The position numbers were made by a program, and so were the translations under genes. Positions 1-9,203 of a DNA stretch of 53,250 nt are shown here, in pieces (the stretch's first letter is position 1; each line of letters opens with the position of its first letter). A model generated the notes under the pieces. That model had not been told where the DNA came from. It ran no database searches and saw only the letters and a program-made list of their open reading frames with translations. This DNA is from Frankiaceae bacterium (GTDB lineage Bacteria > Actinomycetota > Actinomycetes > JAFAQI01). The stretch lies in the NCBI GenBank assembly GCA_025929315.1, contig JAICMI010000004.1:1-53250 (forward strand), written 5' to 3'.

Positions 1-2
1 CA

Positions 3-116
3 CCCATCGAGGACACGATCAAGACGATCGAGCTGCTCGGTGAGCATGTGATCCCCAAGATCGACAAGGACTCCGAGGTCTCGACGACGCGCTACCGCCG
101 CCAGGCCGCCGGCTAG
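3..116 (+). CDS. C-terminal fragment of a probable LLM-class flavin-dependent oxidoreductase (truncated by the window edge)
   Basis: Frame 3 reads PIEDTIKTIELLGEHVIPKIDKDSEVSTTRYRRQAAG*, resembling luciferase-like monooxygenase C-termini. Only 37 aa are visible. Confidence 0.5.
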   Translation, partial: PIEDTIKTIELLGEHVIPKIDKDSEVSTTRYRRQAAG

Positions 117-472
117 CCCCGGAGGGCTGCCACGCACAGCGCGCTGACGCCTGCTGTCGACAGGGCCGTCATCGCCGAGCTGCGCGCGCTCGTGCGGCCG
201 GTGACACCACTGAGGACGGCGCCCACGGCGTCGACCGCAGAGATCGCGCCCGCGACCTGCAGGACGAGCTCGCGGGTTGACGGCTCCTTGACGGCAAAGG
301 CAAGCACGCCCAGGCCGGCCGTCCGCGAGCCGTAGAGGCGCGTCAGCGCGTCCGTGTCACCGGTGCCTTTGAGCCCGTAGAGGTTGCCCAGCGTCCGGGG
401 CGTCAACAGGGCAGCTGCGCCGAAGCCCAGCGCGAGTCCGCCCGCCACCTTTGTCAGTTGGTCGTTGGCCAT
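113..472 (-). CDS. Small membrane protein (DUF4267-like)
   Basis: 119 aa with 3-4 hydrophobic segments and an RLYGSR motif. Its stop codon overlaps that of the convergent gene. Confidence 0.6.
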   Translation of the reverse strand: MANDQLTKVAGGLALGFGAAALLTPRTLGNLYGLKGTGDTDALTRLYGSRTAGLGVLAFAVKEPSTRELVLQVAGAISAVDAVGAVLSGVTGRTSARSSAMTALSTAGVSALCVAALRG

Positions 473-538
473 GCCTCATGACAACCGGTCACACCTGTTG
501 CGCGTCAACTTGCCGTCCGACGCACCTGGGAGGCCCTC

Positions 539-1090
539 ATGAACGTTCGTCCGATCTGTGGTCTTTGTCTGGCGGCTTCGACACTGGCCGGCTGCGGGGG
601 AGCTCACCCCTCGGCCGACCGAGTGGTCAACACGGGCGCGACGTCGAGCCCGCTCACCACCTGCCCGACGAGAGACCTCACGCTGACCCTCGGACCGAGC
701 CAGGGCACTGCAGGCAGCAGCTTTGAGTCCCTTCGTTTCACCAACAACGGTGCGAGCGCATGCAGGCTCTACGGGTATCCCGGTGTTTCGTTCGTCACCG
801 CAGGATCGGGCGACCAGGTCGGCGCGCCGGCGTCACGCAACCCGCAGCATCCAGCCAAGACCGTGATGTTGTCGCCGGGGGCGAGCGCTGCTGCCGTCGT
901 ACAGGTCGTCGACCACGGCAACTACGGACCCGATCAGTGCAAGGCCACTGCCGTCAGCGGTCTGCGCGTCTACCCACCGGGCAGCAAGGACGCCGCTTAC
1001 GTGCCGTTCCGCGACTCGGTGACCGCCTGCTCGACCGACGTCACACAGCTCACCGTCGAAGCGGTGGCCAAGTCGGCTCCTAAGAGGTGA
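539..1090 (+). CDS. DUF4232-domain lipoprotein
   Basis: Lipobox LAGC; GTAGS...LRFTN.G..C.LYGYPGV pattern; GGAGG RBS upstream. Confidence 0.75.
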   Translation: MNVRPICGLCLAASTLAGCGGAHPSADRVVNTGATSSPLTTCPTRDLTLTLGPSQGTAGSSFESLRFTNNGASACRLYGYPGVSFVTAGSGDQVGAPASRNPQHPAKTVMLSPGASAAAVVQVVDHGNYGPDQCKATAVSGLRVYPPGSKDAAYVPFRDSVTACSTDVTQLTVEAVAKSAPKR

Positions 1091-2936
1091 CCGTGAACTC
1101 GCGTGTCGAGGTGTGCTTGTCAACGTCCGCGTAGGAGAGCCGGAACGCGCCGGACATCCGTGCCGGAACTCGCCACTTCGCGTGAGCATTGGTCCGCTTG
1201 TCGACCTGCTTCCACTCGACCGTCGTCGTCCCGTCACCGTCGGCGGCGACGCTTGTCCAGCCGTCGCCGTCGCGAGATTCCACGAGCACGTACGACGGCA
1301 GCAGCGGACCACCGTCGCCGGTGACCGCGAAAGCGGCCTCGACGTCGTCACCGGCGACATAGGACTCGCGGGGCTGCAGGACTACTCCGATGCATCGGCA
1401 GGGGTCGTCGTTGCGTCGTCGAGACGGACGCGGTTGTCGCACTGCCGGGTTGTGCGCCGTCGTGTCGCTGGGGCGCCCGTCGCGCAGGTCACGGGCTAGC
1501 CGAGTGACCTCCTGCACATAGGCCGGCAGCTCCCACCGGCCGAACATCGTGTGGCCGCCTTCGTACCGCTGCGCGCCGTACTCCTCCGGCGTCGTCACAT
1601 AGCCCGCGTAGTCGTTGGCATAACCCTGGACGAGGACGTCGTCGAGCGGCAGATCGAGCACGTCGGCGACCGCCCGCCGCAGCCGCAGCCCCGCGACGAT
1701 CGTGACCTCTTGTGCCAGCGCGATGAGAACCAGCGGGCCGATGCGCACGAGCTGAACCGGTACGACGTCTGCGACCCAGCCGAGCGCGCCGGCCGGGATG
1801 AGCATCGCCTTTGGCCGTTGCGCATCCGACAGCACCGGGCGCAAGCGGTAGGGGACGGCGCAGCACCCGGCCAGCAGCCGGTTTCCTTCGACGCCCTCTC
1901 GAAACGCTCGCGCTCCTGGTCCTTCCTTGGTGCCGGCCGCGAATGCTGCGCCGAGGACGGCGCGTCCGGTGCGATGCGCCCGACCGTCGCCGGTGAACGC
2001 CGCAGCCACGTCGAGTCGGCTCAGGTTGACGTCGGACAGCCGGCTGTCGAGGCCGCCGTCGATCTCGATCGCTGTTGAGCTGGCAAGTGAGATCGCGGCC
2101 TCGTACTGACGCTCGCCGATGATGCGCGCGTTGTCCACCTCGTCGTCGGTGGGGCCCTGGGTTGCGTCCGGGACGTTGGGCGACATGTCGCCGGCGTTGG
2201 TCTGCGCGAAGGCGGCGACCAGGCCGGGCTCGTCGACCTCCCACTGGCGCGCGGCGTAGCCCTTGTTGTCGCCACTGATCAACGTGTTGCGGTTGGTGAG
2301 ACTCGTGCCATGGGTTGCGAACCAGTTGACGACCCCGACCGTTCGGCTGTCGCGTTCGAGGCGAAGCACTGTCGTCAACGGGTCCACGGCGTCCGGAAAG
2401 TGCCCGCGGTCACTCTGCGGATTGCGCGCGAACGCCATGGGCGAGCGGTTGACGCTGGCGTCGTGCAGCTCTCCGCGCGACAACATCAAACGGCCGGGCG
2501 CGAGGTCCGCTTCGGCCTGCTCGATCGATGCGACGACGCCATCGACGATCGCCTGGAACGTCCGGGGCCGAAAACCGTCGGTGGTCATGTTGTAGAGCCG
2601 GTAGCCGGCATAGCCCGCGACACCCGCGTGCGTGTGGGTCGCAGTGAGAACGACGTTGTGCTCGTCGTACTTCGTCGGGTCGAGCTTTGCCAGCACGGCA
2701 TCGCGGACATTGCGGAAGAACATGCCGATGTCGGCGACGACATAGATGAGTCGTTGACTCGTGACCCGGTCGACGAGGACGAATGCACGTGAGCGTTGAC
2801 GCAGCTGGATGCCGGAGCTGCGCTGGAAGCGCATGCCGTAACCCATCATCCCGACTCGCCACGGCTCCCCGGTGATGTCAGCGCTGCCGCAACCGACCAG
2901 CCAAGGGGTGTCCGTTGATGCTCGGGATCGCGCCAC
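1080..2936 (-). CDS. Neutral/alkaline ceramidase (mycobacterial Rv0669c-like), no signal peptide
   Basis: Motifs ADITGEP..GMMGYG, THTHAG, NRS, WFATHGTS, QTNAGDMSPN, YEGGHTMFG. The GTG start at 2936 is inferred. Confidence 0.9.
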   Translation of the reverse strand: MARSRASTDTPWLVGCGSADITGEPWRVGMMGYGMRFQRSSGIQLRQRSRAFVLVDRVTSQRLIYVVADIGMFFRNVRDAVLAKLDPTKYDEHNVVLTATHTHAGVAGYAGYRLYNMTTDGFRPRTFQAIVDGVVASIEQAEADLAPGRLMLSRGELHDASVNRSPMAFARNPQSDRGHFPDAVDPLTTVLRLERDSRTVGVVNWFATHGTSLTNRNTLISGDNKGYAARQWEVDEPGLVAAFAQTNAGDMSPNVPDATQGPTDDEVDNARIIGERQYEAAISLASSTAIEIDGGLDSRLSDVNLSRLDVAAAFTGDGRAHRTGRAVLGAAFAAGTKEGPGARAFREGVEGNRLLAGCCAVPYRLRPVLSDAQRPKAMLIPAGALGWVADVVPVQLVRIGPLVLIALAQEVTIVAGLRLRRAVADVLDLPLDDVLVQGYANDYAGYVTTPEEYGAQRYEGGHTMFGRWELPAYVQEVTRLARDLRDGRPSDTTAHNPAVRQPRPSRRRNDDPCRCIGVVLQPRESYVAGDDVEAAFAVTGDGGPLLPSYVLVESRDGDGWTSVAADGDGTTTVEWKQVDKRTNAHAKWRVPARMSGAFRLSYADVDKHTSTREFTVTS

Positions 2937-2942
2937 GGGGAC

Positions 2943-3716
2943 ATGATGGTCCTCGTGACCCCGGGACGCGTCGTCGACGCCGGCTCGGTGCGCACCGCGC
3001 ACGCGGACGCATGGGAGGCGCACGGGCTCTACCGCGCCTCAGCCGGCGGCGGCACAGCACGACTGCCGGGCATTCGGCTGATGGCCTCGGGTCTGCCGCA
3101 TCCGCAGTGGAACAGCGGGGACGTGCTCGACGCCGAGATCGTCGAAGTCGCGGCCGTGTCCTCCTGGTACGACGCCAAAGGCGTCCCGTGGGGCGTTCGG
3201 GTCCCGCGGGGCATGACGTGGCCGCATGGCCGGCGCCTGTTCGCGCTCCGGCTCATGGGCCTGGCAGCCGACGCCTTCCGCCCCGCGCCTGGTGTCGAGG
3301 GAGTGACGCTCCGGGTCGCCGGTCCGGTCGACGCCGCGGTGGTGCTGGGCGTCGACACGGCTGCTTTCGAAGAACCGGTCGAGATGCAGCGGCCCTGGGT
3401 GGAGCCGATGCTCTCCCAGCCGTCGCTCACGGTCTGCCTCGCCGAGCGCGACGGCGAGCCGGTCGGCTGCGGCTACTGCCTCGTGACGGACGGCGAGGCC
3501 GGTCCGGCCGTCTACGTCGCGGGTGTCGGCGTCGTACCCGCCGCACGCAGGTGTGGCATTGGTGCCGCAGTCTCGTCGTGGCTGGTACGACGCGGGCTCG
3601 ACGCCGGAGCGGAGCTCGCGCATTTGCACCCGGACACCGACGACGCTGAGCGTATCTATGCCCGACTCGGCTTCGTCGAGGTGGACGGGTTCGACATCTA
3701 CGTCGACCACATCTGA
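2943..3716 (+). CDS. GNAT-family N-acetyltransferase
   Basis: C-terminal VAGVGVVPAARRCGIG acetyl-CoA motif A and IYARLGF motif B. Start uncertain. Confidence 0.75.
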   Translation: MMVLVTPGRVVDAGSVRTAHADAWEAHGLYRASAGGGTARLPGIRLMASGLPHPQWNSGDVLDAEIVEVAAVSSWYDAKGVPWGVRVPRGMTWPHGRRLFALRLMGLAADAFRPAPGVEGVTLRVAGPVDAAVVLGVDTAAFEEPVEMQRPWVEPMLSQPSLTVCLAERDGEPVGCGYCLVTDGEAGPAVYVAGVGVVPAARRCGIGAAVSSWLVRRGLDAGAELAHLHPDTDDAERIYARLGFVEVDGFDIYVDHI

Positions 3717-3720
3717 TGTC

Positions 3721-4236
3721 TCAGGCCGGTTCGACACCGGCCGCGTGCCGTCGGGCGAGCTCCTGGTAGGCCGTCGGGTTGGTCTCGATCCAGAACCGCG
3801 CGCCTGTCGACAGCGCGCCGGCACTCTGCCCGGCCGAGCCGCGGAACAACGTCTCGGGCTCGATCACCGCGTTGGGCGGAACGAGCGAACCGGCCGCGAC
3901 CATCGCCCGGTCACCGACACGCGCACCGTCCTGGATCGTCGCGTTGTTGCCGATGAGCGCCTCCGCACCGACCGAGGCGCCGTGCATGATGACGCCGTGC
4001 GCGATCGTCGCGCCTGCACCGATCTCGACCGGGTCGGCGCCATGGACGACTGCACCGTCCTGAACGTTGGCGCCCGCGCGGACGACGATCGGTGCGAAGT
4101 CGGCCCGCAGGACCGTGGCGTACCAGACCGACGCGCCTGCCTCGACCGTTACGTCGCCGACGAGTGTCGCGGTCGGCGCGACGAATGCGTCGGGATGCAC
4201 GGTCGGTGACTTGCCTTCGAACGAGAACAGCGCCAT
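3721..4236 (-). CDS. Gamma-carbonic anhydrase family protein (hexapeptide repeat, PaaY/YrdA-like)
   Basis: Begins MALFSFEGKSPTVHPDAFVAPTATLVGDV; contains NVQDGAVVH and TIAHGVIMHG. True start is inside the longer 3721..4818 ORF. Confidence 0.85.
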   Translation of the reverse strand: MALFSFEGKSPTVHPDAFVAPTATLVGDVTVEAGASVWYATVLRADFAPIVVRAGANVQDGAVVHGADPVEIGAGATIAHGVIMHGASVGAEALIGNNATIQDGARVGDRAMVAAGSLVPPNAVIEPETLFRGSAGQSAGALSTGARFWIETNPTAYQELARRHAAGVEPA

Positions 4237-4247
4237 GGGGAAGGACG

Positions 4248-4991
4248 CTATCCCGCGGTCATGCCCCCGTCGCTCGAGACCACCGTGCCGTGGATGTTGC
4301 GGGCCTCGTCGCTTGCGAGAAACGCGAAGAGGTTGGCCATGTCGTCCGGTTTCGCCATGCCGCGGGCGCCCGTGTAGCGCATCACGAGGTCGAAGTCGAC
4401 GTCGGCCGGCATCTGGTAGTTGCGGAGCAGGCCCGTGTCGACTCCGCCCGGCGCGATGCCGACCACTCGCAGCGGTTGCTTGAGATACTCCATCGCCAGT
4501 GCCTTGGTCAGCTGTACGACGGCGCCCTTCGTCATGCAGTAGACGACGGTGTAGGCCTGCCCGATCAGGCCCGCATTGCTGGCCACGTTGACGATGACGC
4601 CGTTGTTCTCGAGCAGGTGCGGGATCGCGGCCTGAGCCATGAAGAAGTAGCCGTCGACATTGACAGCCATCATCTGCCGGTAGGCAGCCTCGGTGACCTC
4701 CGCGAAGTGCTCGCCACGCGCGATGCCGGCGATGTTGCCGAGGACGTCGAGTCGCCCGCCCTCGGTGACGGCGAAGTCGATCGCTGCTCGGCACTCGTCC
4801 GCCTTGGTGACGTCGCACGCACGGGTGATGACGTTGCCGGTGGCCTCGCCCCGCATGCCCTCCAGTCCGGCTGCGTCGAGATCGAGCGCGATGACGGTCG
4901 CACCCTCGCTCGCCAACCGAAGCGTCGTCGCCCGGCCGATGCCGGATGCGGCGCCCGTGATGATCGCGACGCGCCCCTCGTACCTGGTCAC
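4248..4991 (-). CDS. SDR family oxidoreductase
   Basis: TGAASGIG Rossmann motif, NIAG, catalytic YCMTK. GTG start at 4991. Confidence 0.9.
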   Translation of the reverse strand: MTRYEGRVAIITGAASGIGRATTLRLASEGATVIALDLDAAGLEGMRGEATGNVITRACDVTKADECRAAIDFAVTEGGRLDVLGNIAGIARGEHFAEVTEAAYRQMMAVNVDGYFFMAQAAIPHLLENNGVIVNVASNAGLIGQAYTVVYCMTKGAVVQLTKALAMEYLKQPLRVVGIAPGGVDTGLLRNYQMPADVDFDLVMRYTGARGMAKPDDMANLFAFLASDEARNIHGTVVSSDGGMTAG

Positions 4992-4995
4992 CGGC

Positions 4996-5637
4996 TCACT
5001 TCTTCTGGCCGAGGTGGACGAGATAGTCGACGTCATCGCGCGGGGCGATGAACAGCCCCTCGGCGTCGGTCACCTTCTCGTCTCCGAGATAGCACTCGCC
5101 CTTCACGACCCGTTTGCGCCGTTCGACGCTTTCGATCCAGGCGACGAGACGAAGCTCCGCATTGAGCGGCGTCGGCTTGCGGTAGTTGATGTGCAGGTAG
5201 GCCGTGAAGCCGGGGCTCAGCTGCGCAAAGCCAAGGAGCTCGTCGAACATCGCGGCAATCAGCCCGCCGTGCACGTGGCCCGGCGGTCCTTCGTACGCCG
5301 GACCGAACGTCACGCTGCCGGCGATGTAGTGCTCGGTGTCGATGTCCTCACGCGGGGACCCGCGCCTGACCGTCAACGTCACCGGCGGGGCCATGGGGTT
5401 GCTCTTGCCGCTCACCGGGCTGAAGCCGACGAAGTCACCCGGCTGCAGGCCGGCCTCGCTGACCTCCCAGGACTGGCCGCGCTCCGGCAACGCATCGAGC
5501 CTGTCGGCGAACACTGCTGCCGTCTCGGCTGCGCGTTCGAGCTCGTCGGCCGGCGGTCGCACGACCGCGAGCCGCGCGATGATGCGCCGCATCTCGTCGG
5601 CGAGGTGCTCGGATGCCTTGCGCGTCGCGTCGTCCAC
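4996..5637 (-). CDS. PaaI-family (hotdog) acyl-CoA thioesterase
   Basis: YEGPPGHVHGGLIAAMFDELLG motif. Confidence 0.85.
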   Translation of the reverse strand: MDDATRKASEHLADEMRRIIARLAVVRPPADELERAAETAAVFADRLDALPERGQSWEVSEAGLQPGDFVGFSPVSGKSNPMAPPVTLTVRRGSPREDIDTEHYIAGSVTFGPAYEGPPGHVHGGLIAAMFDELLGFAQLSPGFTAYLHINYRKPTPLNAELRLVAWIESVERRKRVVKGECYLGDEKVTDAEGLFIAPRDDVDYLVHLGQKK

Positions 5638-5650
5638 GGGGGTCCTTAGC

Positions 5651-6454
5651 TCAGTCTTTGAAGTGCGGCTTACGTCGATCCTTTCGTGCCGCCACGGCTT
5701 CCTCGAAGTTGCGGGTGGTGAGCCGCACGAACAGCTGTCCGAGCCCCTCGTGGTCCATGTGCGCGGCGAGCGAGCCGGCCTCGAGACTTGACCACAGCAT
5801 CCGCTTGGTCAGCTCGACGCCGGGACGGCTGAATCCGACGATCTGCTCGGCGGTCTCGAAACAAGCGTCGAGCAGCCCATCGCTGCCGACCACACGCGAC
5901 ACGAGCCCGAAGTGCTCGGCCTCGTCGGCGGGCAGGTCGCGGCCGGTCAGCATCAGCTCACCGGCGCGCGCTGAGCCGATCGCGCGGGGCAGCAGATAGG
6001 ACAAGCCGAGCTCGCTCGCCGTCAGCCCGTTGTTGATGCCGGCGGCGCGAAAGTAGGCCGCGTCGGCAGCGAACCGGATGTCGCACGCGAGCGCCAGGCA
6101 GAACCCTCCGCCGATGGCAGGACCATTGACGGCGGCGATCACCGGTTGGTGCATCCGGCGGATGGTGACGATCACGTCCTCGAGCAGCTCCATCGACCGC
6201 AACGCGATCGTCGGCAGGGTCAAACCGTCGATGCCTGGCACTCTTCCGGGGTTCTCGAGATCTGCTCCCGAGCAGAACGCGCCGCCGGCGCCGGTGAGGA
6301 CGACGACCCGGACGTCGTTGTCGCCGCTCACGTCGAGCAAGGCGTCGCGCAACGGCACCATCACGTCGAACGCCATCGCGTTCATCCGCTCGGGTCGATC
6401 GAGGGTGACGAGTGCGACGCCGTCTCGCGGTCGCTCGACTCGCACGAATGTCAT
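5651..6454 (-). CDS. Enoyl-CoA hydratase/isomerase
   Basis: LDRPERMNA, AFCSGADL and AVNGPAIGGG crotonase motifs. Confidence 0.9.
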   Translation of the reverse strand: MTFVRVERPRDGVALVTLDRPERMNAMAFDVMVPLRDALLDVSGDNDVRVVVLTGAGGAFCSGADLENPGRVPGIDGLTLPTIALRSMELLEDVIVTIRRMHQPVIAAVNGPAIGGGFCLALACDIRFAADAAYFRAAGINNGLTASELGLSYLLPRAIGSARAGELMLTGRDLPADEAEHFGLVSRVVGSDGLLDACFETAEQIVGFSRPGVELTKRMLWSSLEAGSLAAHMDHEGLGQLFVRLTTRNFEEAVAARKDRRKPHFKD

Positions 6455-6469
6455 CGGGTGGGCGTCATG

Positions 6470-6913
6470 TCAGCGCGGCCCGAGCGGGGTGTCCCGGAGG
6501 CCGATGACGCTGTAACAACGCTCCTGCTTGCGTGCGGTGAACCGCCACCCGTCCGCGGTGCGCTGGAACTCGTCGTCGTACCAAAGGCCGATCAACCACA
6601 CCTCGCGGTTGCCGTCACCCTTGTCGAGGATCATCGGGTTGTTGCACGACGTGCGCGAACGTGCGCGATCGCCTTCGAGCGTGATGTCGGGTAGCCCCAT
6701 CATGTGCTGGGACCGCGCGAACGCTCCCAGTGAGTCGCGCAGGAACTGCTTGATCGCGATGAGCGAGTCGGTCGGCCCGCCGAACGCCGAGAAGTCGATG
6801 CGTGCGTCGGCCGTGAACAGCTCGTCGAGCCGGTCGAACTCGCGCTCGTCGACGTACTGCGGATAGCGCGCGATGAGGTCGGTGATCGCTTGCTTGTCCT
6901 CGACGTCGCTCAT
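6470..6913 (-). CDS. SnoaL/NTF2-like protein (BaiE-like dehydratase family)
   Basis: MSDVEDKQAITDLIARY..VD, QHMMG, WYDDEF.RT.DGWRF. ATGA overlap with the upstream fadD. Confidence 0.85.
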   Translation of the reverse strand: MSDVEDKQAITDLIARYPQYVDEREFDRLDELFTADARIDFSAFGGPTDSLIAIKQFLRDSLGAFARSQHMMGLPDITLEGDRARSRTSCNNPMILDKGDGNREVWLIGLWYDDEFQRTADGWRFTARKQERCYSVIGLRDTPLGPR

Positions 6914-8535
6914 ACGCCGACGTTTTTCTCGGCGATCTCGCGGGCCCACTTGTAGTCCGGCTTGCCGGCAGGGGTGCGCTCGATCGTCTCGACGAGCACG
7001 AGCGCACGTGGCGCCTTGTAGCGAGCGAGTGAAGCGCGAACGTGCTCTTGCAGTGACTCCAGGGTCGGTGTCGCGCCCGCCTTTGCCTTGACGACCGCGA
7101 CGACGGTCTCGCCCCAACGCTCGTCCGGCATTCCCACCACGACGGCGTCCGCCACGTCGGGCGAGGTCATGAGTGCGGTCTCGACCTCCTCGGGATAGAC
7201 CTTCTCGCCGCCGGTGTTGATCGACGTCGAACCGCGGCCGAGCAGAACGACCGTGCCGTCCTCCTCGACGATTGCGTTGTCACCCGGCAGCACCCAGCGT
7301 TCGCCGTCGATCTCCAGGAACGTCGCCTTGGTCTTGGTCTCGTCCTTGTAGTAGCCCAGCGGCACGTGACCCTTTCGAGCGAGCCGACCGACGGTGCCGC
7401 TGCCGGGCTGGACGGGCCGGCCCTCGTCGTCGAGCACGTTGGTCTGGGCGTTGACGGTGAACTTCGGCTGCTTCGACTCGTCACCCGCTGCGTGCAGCTT
7501 GTTGCCGACGATGCCGGTCTCCGAGGAGCCGAACCCGTCGATGATCATCAGCGTCGGCAGCAGCTCGGCGAGCTTGCCCTTGGCCGTGCTCGACAGCGTG
7601 GCACCGCCCGATCCGATGACCATCAGTGACGAGACGTCGTAGGGCTTGCCGCTGTCCTTCGCCGCCGCAAATGCGTCGGCGAGCGGCCGCGCCATGGCGT
7701 CGCCGACGATGGTCAGCACGTTGATGCCTTCGCTTTGGACGAGGCCCCAGACGGTGTCCGCGTTGAAGGCGCCAGGAGGCGGGAAGACGATGCGGCCACC
7801 GCCGAACAGCTGGCTGAAGACTCCCCATTGCGCGCTGACGTGCATCAGCGGCGGCGTCGTGAGGATGGTTGCGCCGACCTCCGGAAGACGCTCGACGATC
7901 TCGTCCGGCGTCTTGATGAAGTTGCCGGACTGGAAGACGTCGCCGCCGCCCATCGCGGCGAAGAAGATGTCTTCCTGTCGCCAGACAACTCCCTTGGGCA
8001 GGCCGGTGGTGCCGCCGGTGTAGGCGATGTAGCCGTCGTCGCCGGTGCGATTGGATTCGTCCGGTCGGTCAGCACTCGCGCCGGCCAGCAAGTCTTCGTA
8101 GGCCGCGGCACCACTCGCTGTTGACGCTCCGCTGGTGTCGTCGACGACGATCAGCTGCTTGACCGCGGCGACGTCGGCCGCGGCCTCGCCGACGCGCGGG
8201 GAGAACTCCCGGTGATGAATGACGGCCACCAGGTCGGCGTCGTCGTACAGGTGCTTGAGCTCGGCCTCGACGTAACGGAAGTTGACGTTGATGGGGACGG
8301 CGCGGATCTTGAACGCCGCGAGCATTCCCTCGATGTATTCCGAGCCGTTGAGCAGCTGCAGCCCGATGTGGTCACCCTCGCCGATGCCCAGCCCGGTGAG
8401 CGCGTTGGCGAGACGGTTGGACCGCTCGTCGAGCTCGCGGTAGGTCAGCCGCCGCGCAGGAGAGACGATTGCCTCGCGGTCGGGCGCGGCGTCACTGATG
8501 CGCTCGAACAGGTCCGCCAGGTTGAAGCCGCTCAC
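6910..8535 (-). CDS. Acyl-CoA synthetase, FadD19-like
   Basis: YTGGTTGLPKG P-loop, NVNFRYVEAEL, GFGSSETG, INTGGEKVYPEEVE and GKPDY, all typical of FadD19-type ligases. Confidence 0.9.
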   Translation of the reverse strand: MSGFNLADLFERISDAAPDREAIVSPARRLTYRELDERSNRLANALTGLGIGEGDHIGLQLLNGSEYIEGMLAAFKIRAVPINVNFRYVEAELKHLYDDADLVAVIHHREFSPRVGEAAADVAAVKQLIVVDDTSGASTASGAAAYEDLLAGASADRPDESNRTGDDGYIAYTGGTTGLPKGVVWRQEDIFFAAMGGGDVFQSGNFIKTPDEIVERLPEVGATILTTPPLMHVSAQWGVFSQLFGGGRIVFPPPGAFNADTVWGLVQSEGINVLTIVGDAMARPLADAFAAAKDSGKPYDVSSLMVIGSGGATLSSTAKGKLAELLPTLMIIDGFGSSETGIVGNKLHAAGDESKQPKFTVNAQTNVLDDEGRPVQPGSGTVGRLARKGHVPLGYYKDETKTKATFLEIDGERWVLPGDNAIVEEDGTVVLLGRGSTSINTGGEKVYPEEVETALMTSPDVADAVVVGMPDERWGETVVAVVKAKAGATPTLESLQEHVRASLARYKAPRALVLVETIERTPAGKPDYKWAREIAEKNVGV

Positions 8536-8565
8536 CGGGCGAATATATGACGGGGCGTCAGATTC
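8536..8565 (-). promoter_or_regulatory. Leaderless promoter (-10 TATATT) with palindromic operator TGACG-N3-CGTCA
   Basis: Minus strand reads GAATCTGACGCCCCGTCA TATATT cgcccg GTG. Palindrome at 8548-8560. Confidence 0.65.
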
Positions 8566-8566
8566 G

Positions 8567-9091
8567 CTAGCAGCCCTTGGGAGCGACCTGGTTGTTGCCG
8601 AGGGTCACGAGGGTGCAGAACGTCAGCTTGCTGACCTTCCACTGGCCGTCGACGAACTTGGCCTGACCGCTCGCGTTGTCCAGCAGCTTGGTGGTCTTGT
8701 TGAACAGGATCCACGTCACGTTGGCCGTCGTCGCATCGAAGAACTTGATGAGCTTGACCTTGGCCCGGCGGTCGAGGTGGGTCTGCCGGTCCTCTTTCTG
8801 GGCGAGCTTCAGAGCTGCACCGAGCTGGTCGCCGTCCTCGAGCAGTGACTTCGCCTGGGCCGAGGGGGTCCCGCTGTTGAAGAACTTGACCCAGACCTTC
8901 TTGATCTCGGCCTTTGCCGCGGCCGGGTCCGCCGGGGCGTTCGCCGTCGCGGCCGGAGCCGATGACGGCTGCGAGCTGGGAGCGCTCGATGGCGGGGTGG
9001 TGTCGGCCCCACCACTGCTGCCGCCTCCGCAGGCTGCGGCGAGGACGGCAACGAGAGCAAGGGCGGCGGCCTTCACGGAAGAGGTCTGCAT
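8567..9091 (-). CDS. Lipoprotein of unknown function
   Basis: Lipobox LAAAC, a Pro/Ser/Ala linker, then a compact domain ending GQWKVSKLTFC. Confidence 0.7.
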   Translation of the reverse strand: MQTSSVKAAALALVAVLAAACGGGSSGGADTTPPSSAPSSQPSSAPAATANAPADPAAAKAEIKKVWVKFFNSGTPSAQAKSLLEDGDQLGAALKLAQKEDRQTHLDRRAKVKLIKFFDATTANVTWILFNKTTKLLDNASGQAKFVDGQWKVSKLTFCTLVTLGNNQVAPKGC

Positions 9092-9172
9092 GGGGCGACC
9101 GTAGCCAACAGGTGAGGCGGTTGTGGCCGAATTTGCGAACGTCGTTCGGATGCCGGCCGACCCGCTGCCGAC

Positions 9173-9203
9173 AAATCTGACGGGTCGTCACATAATGCGT
9201 CCC
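9173..9203 (+). promoter_or_regulatory. Leaderless promoter (-10 CATAAT) with palindromic operator TGACG-N3-CGTCA
   Basis: AAATCTGACGGGTCGTCA CATAAT gcgtccc ATG; 18 of 24 nt identical to the fadD promoter. Confidence 0.65.
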
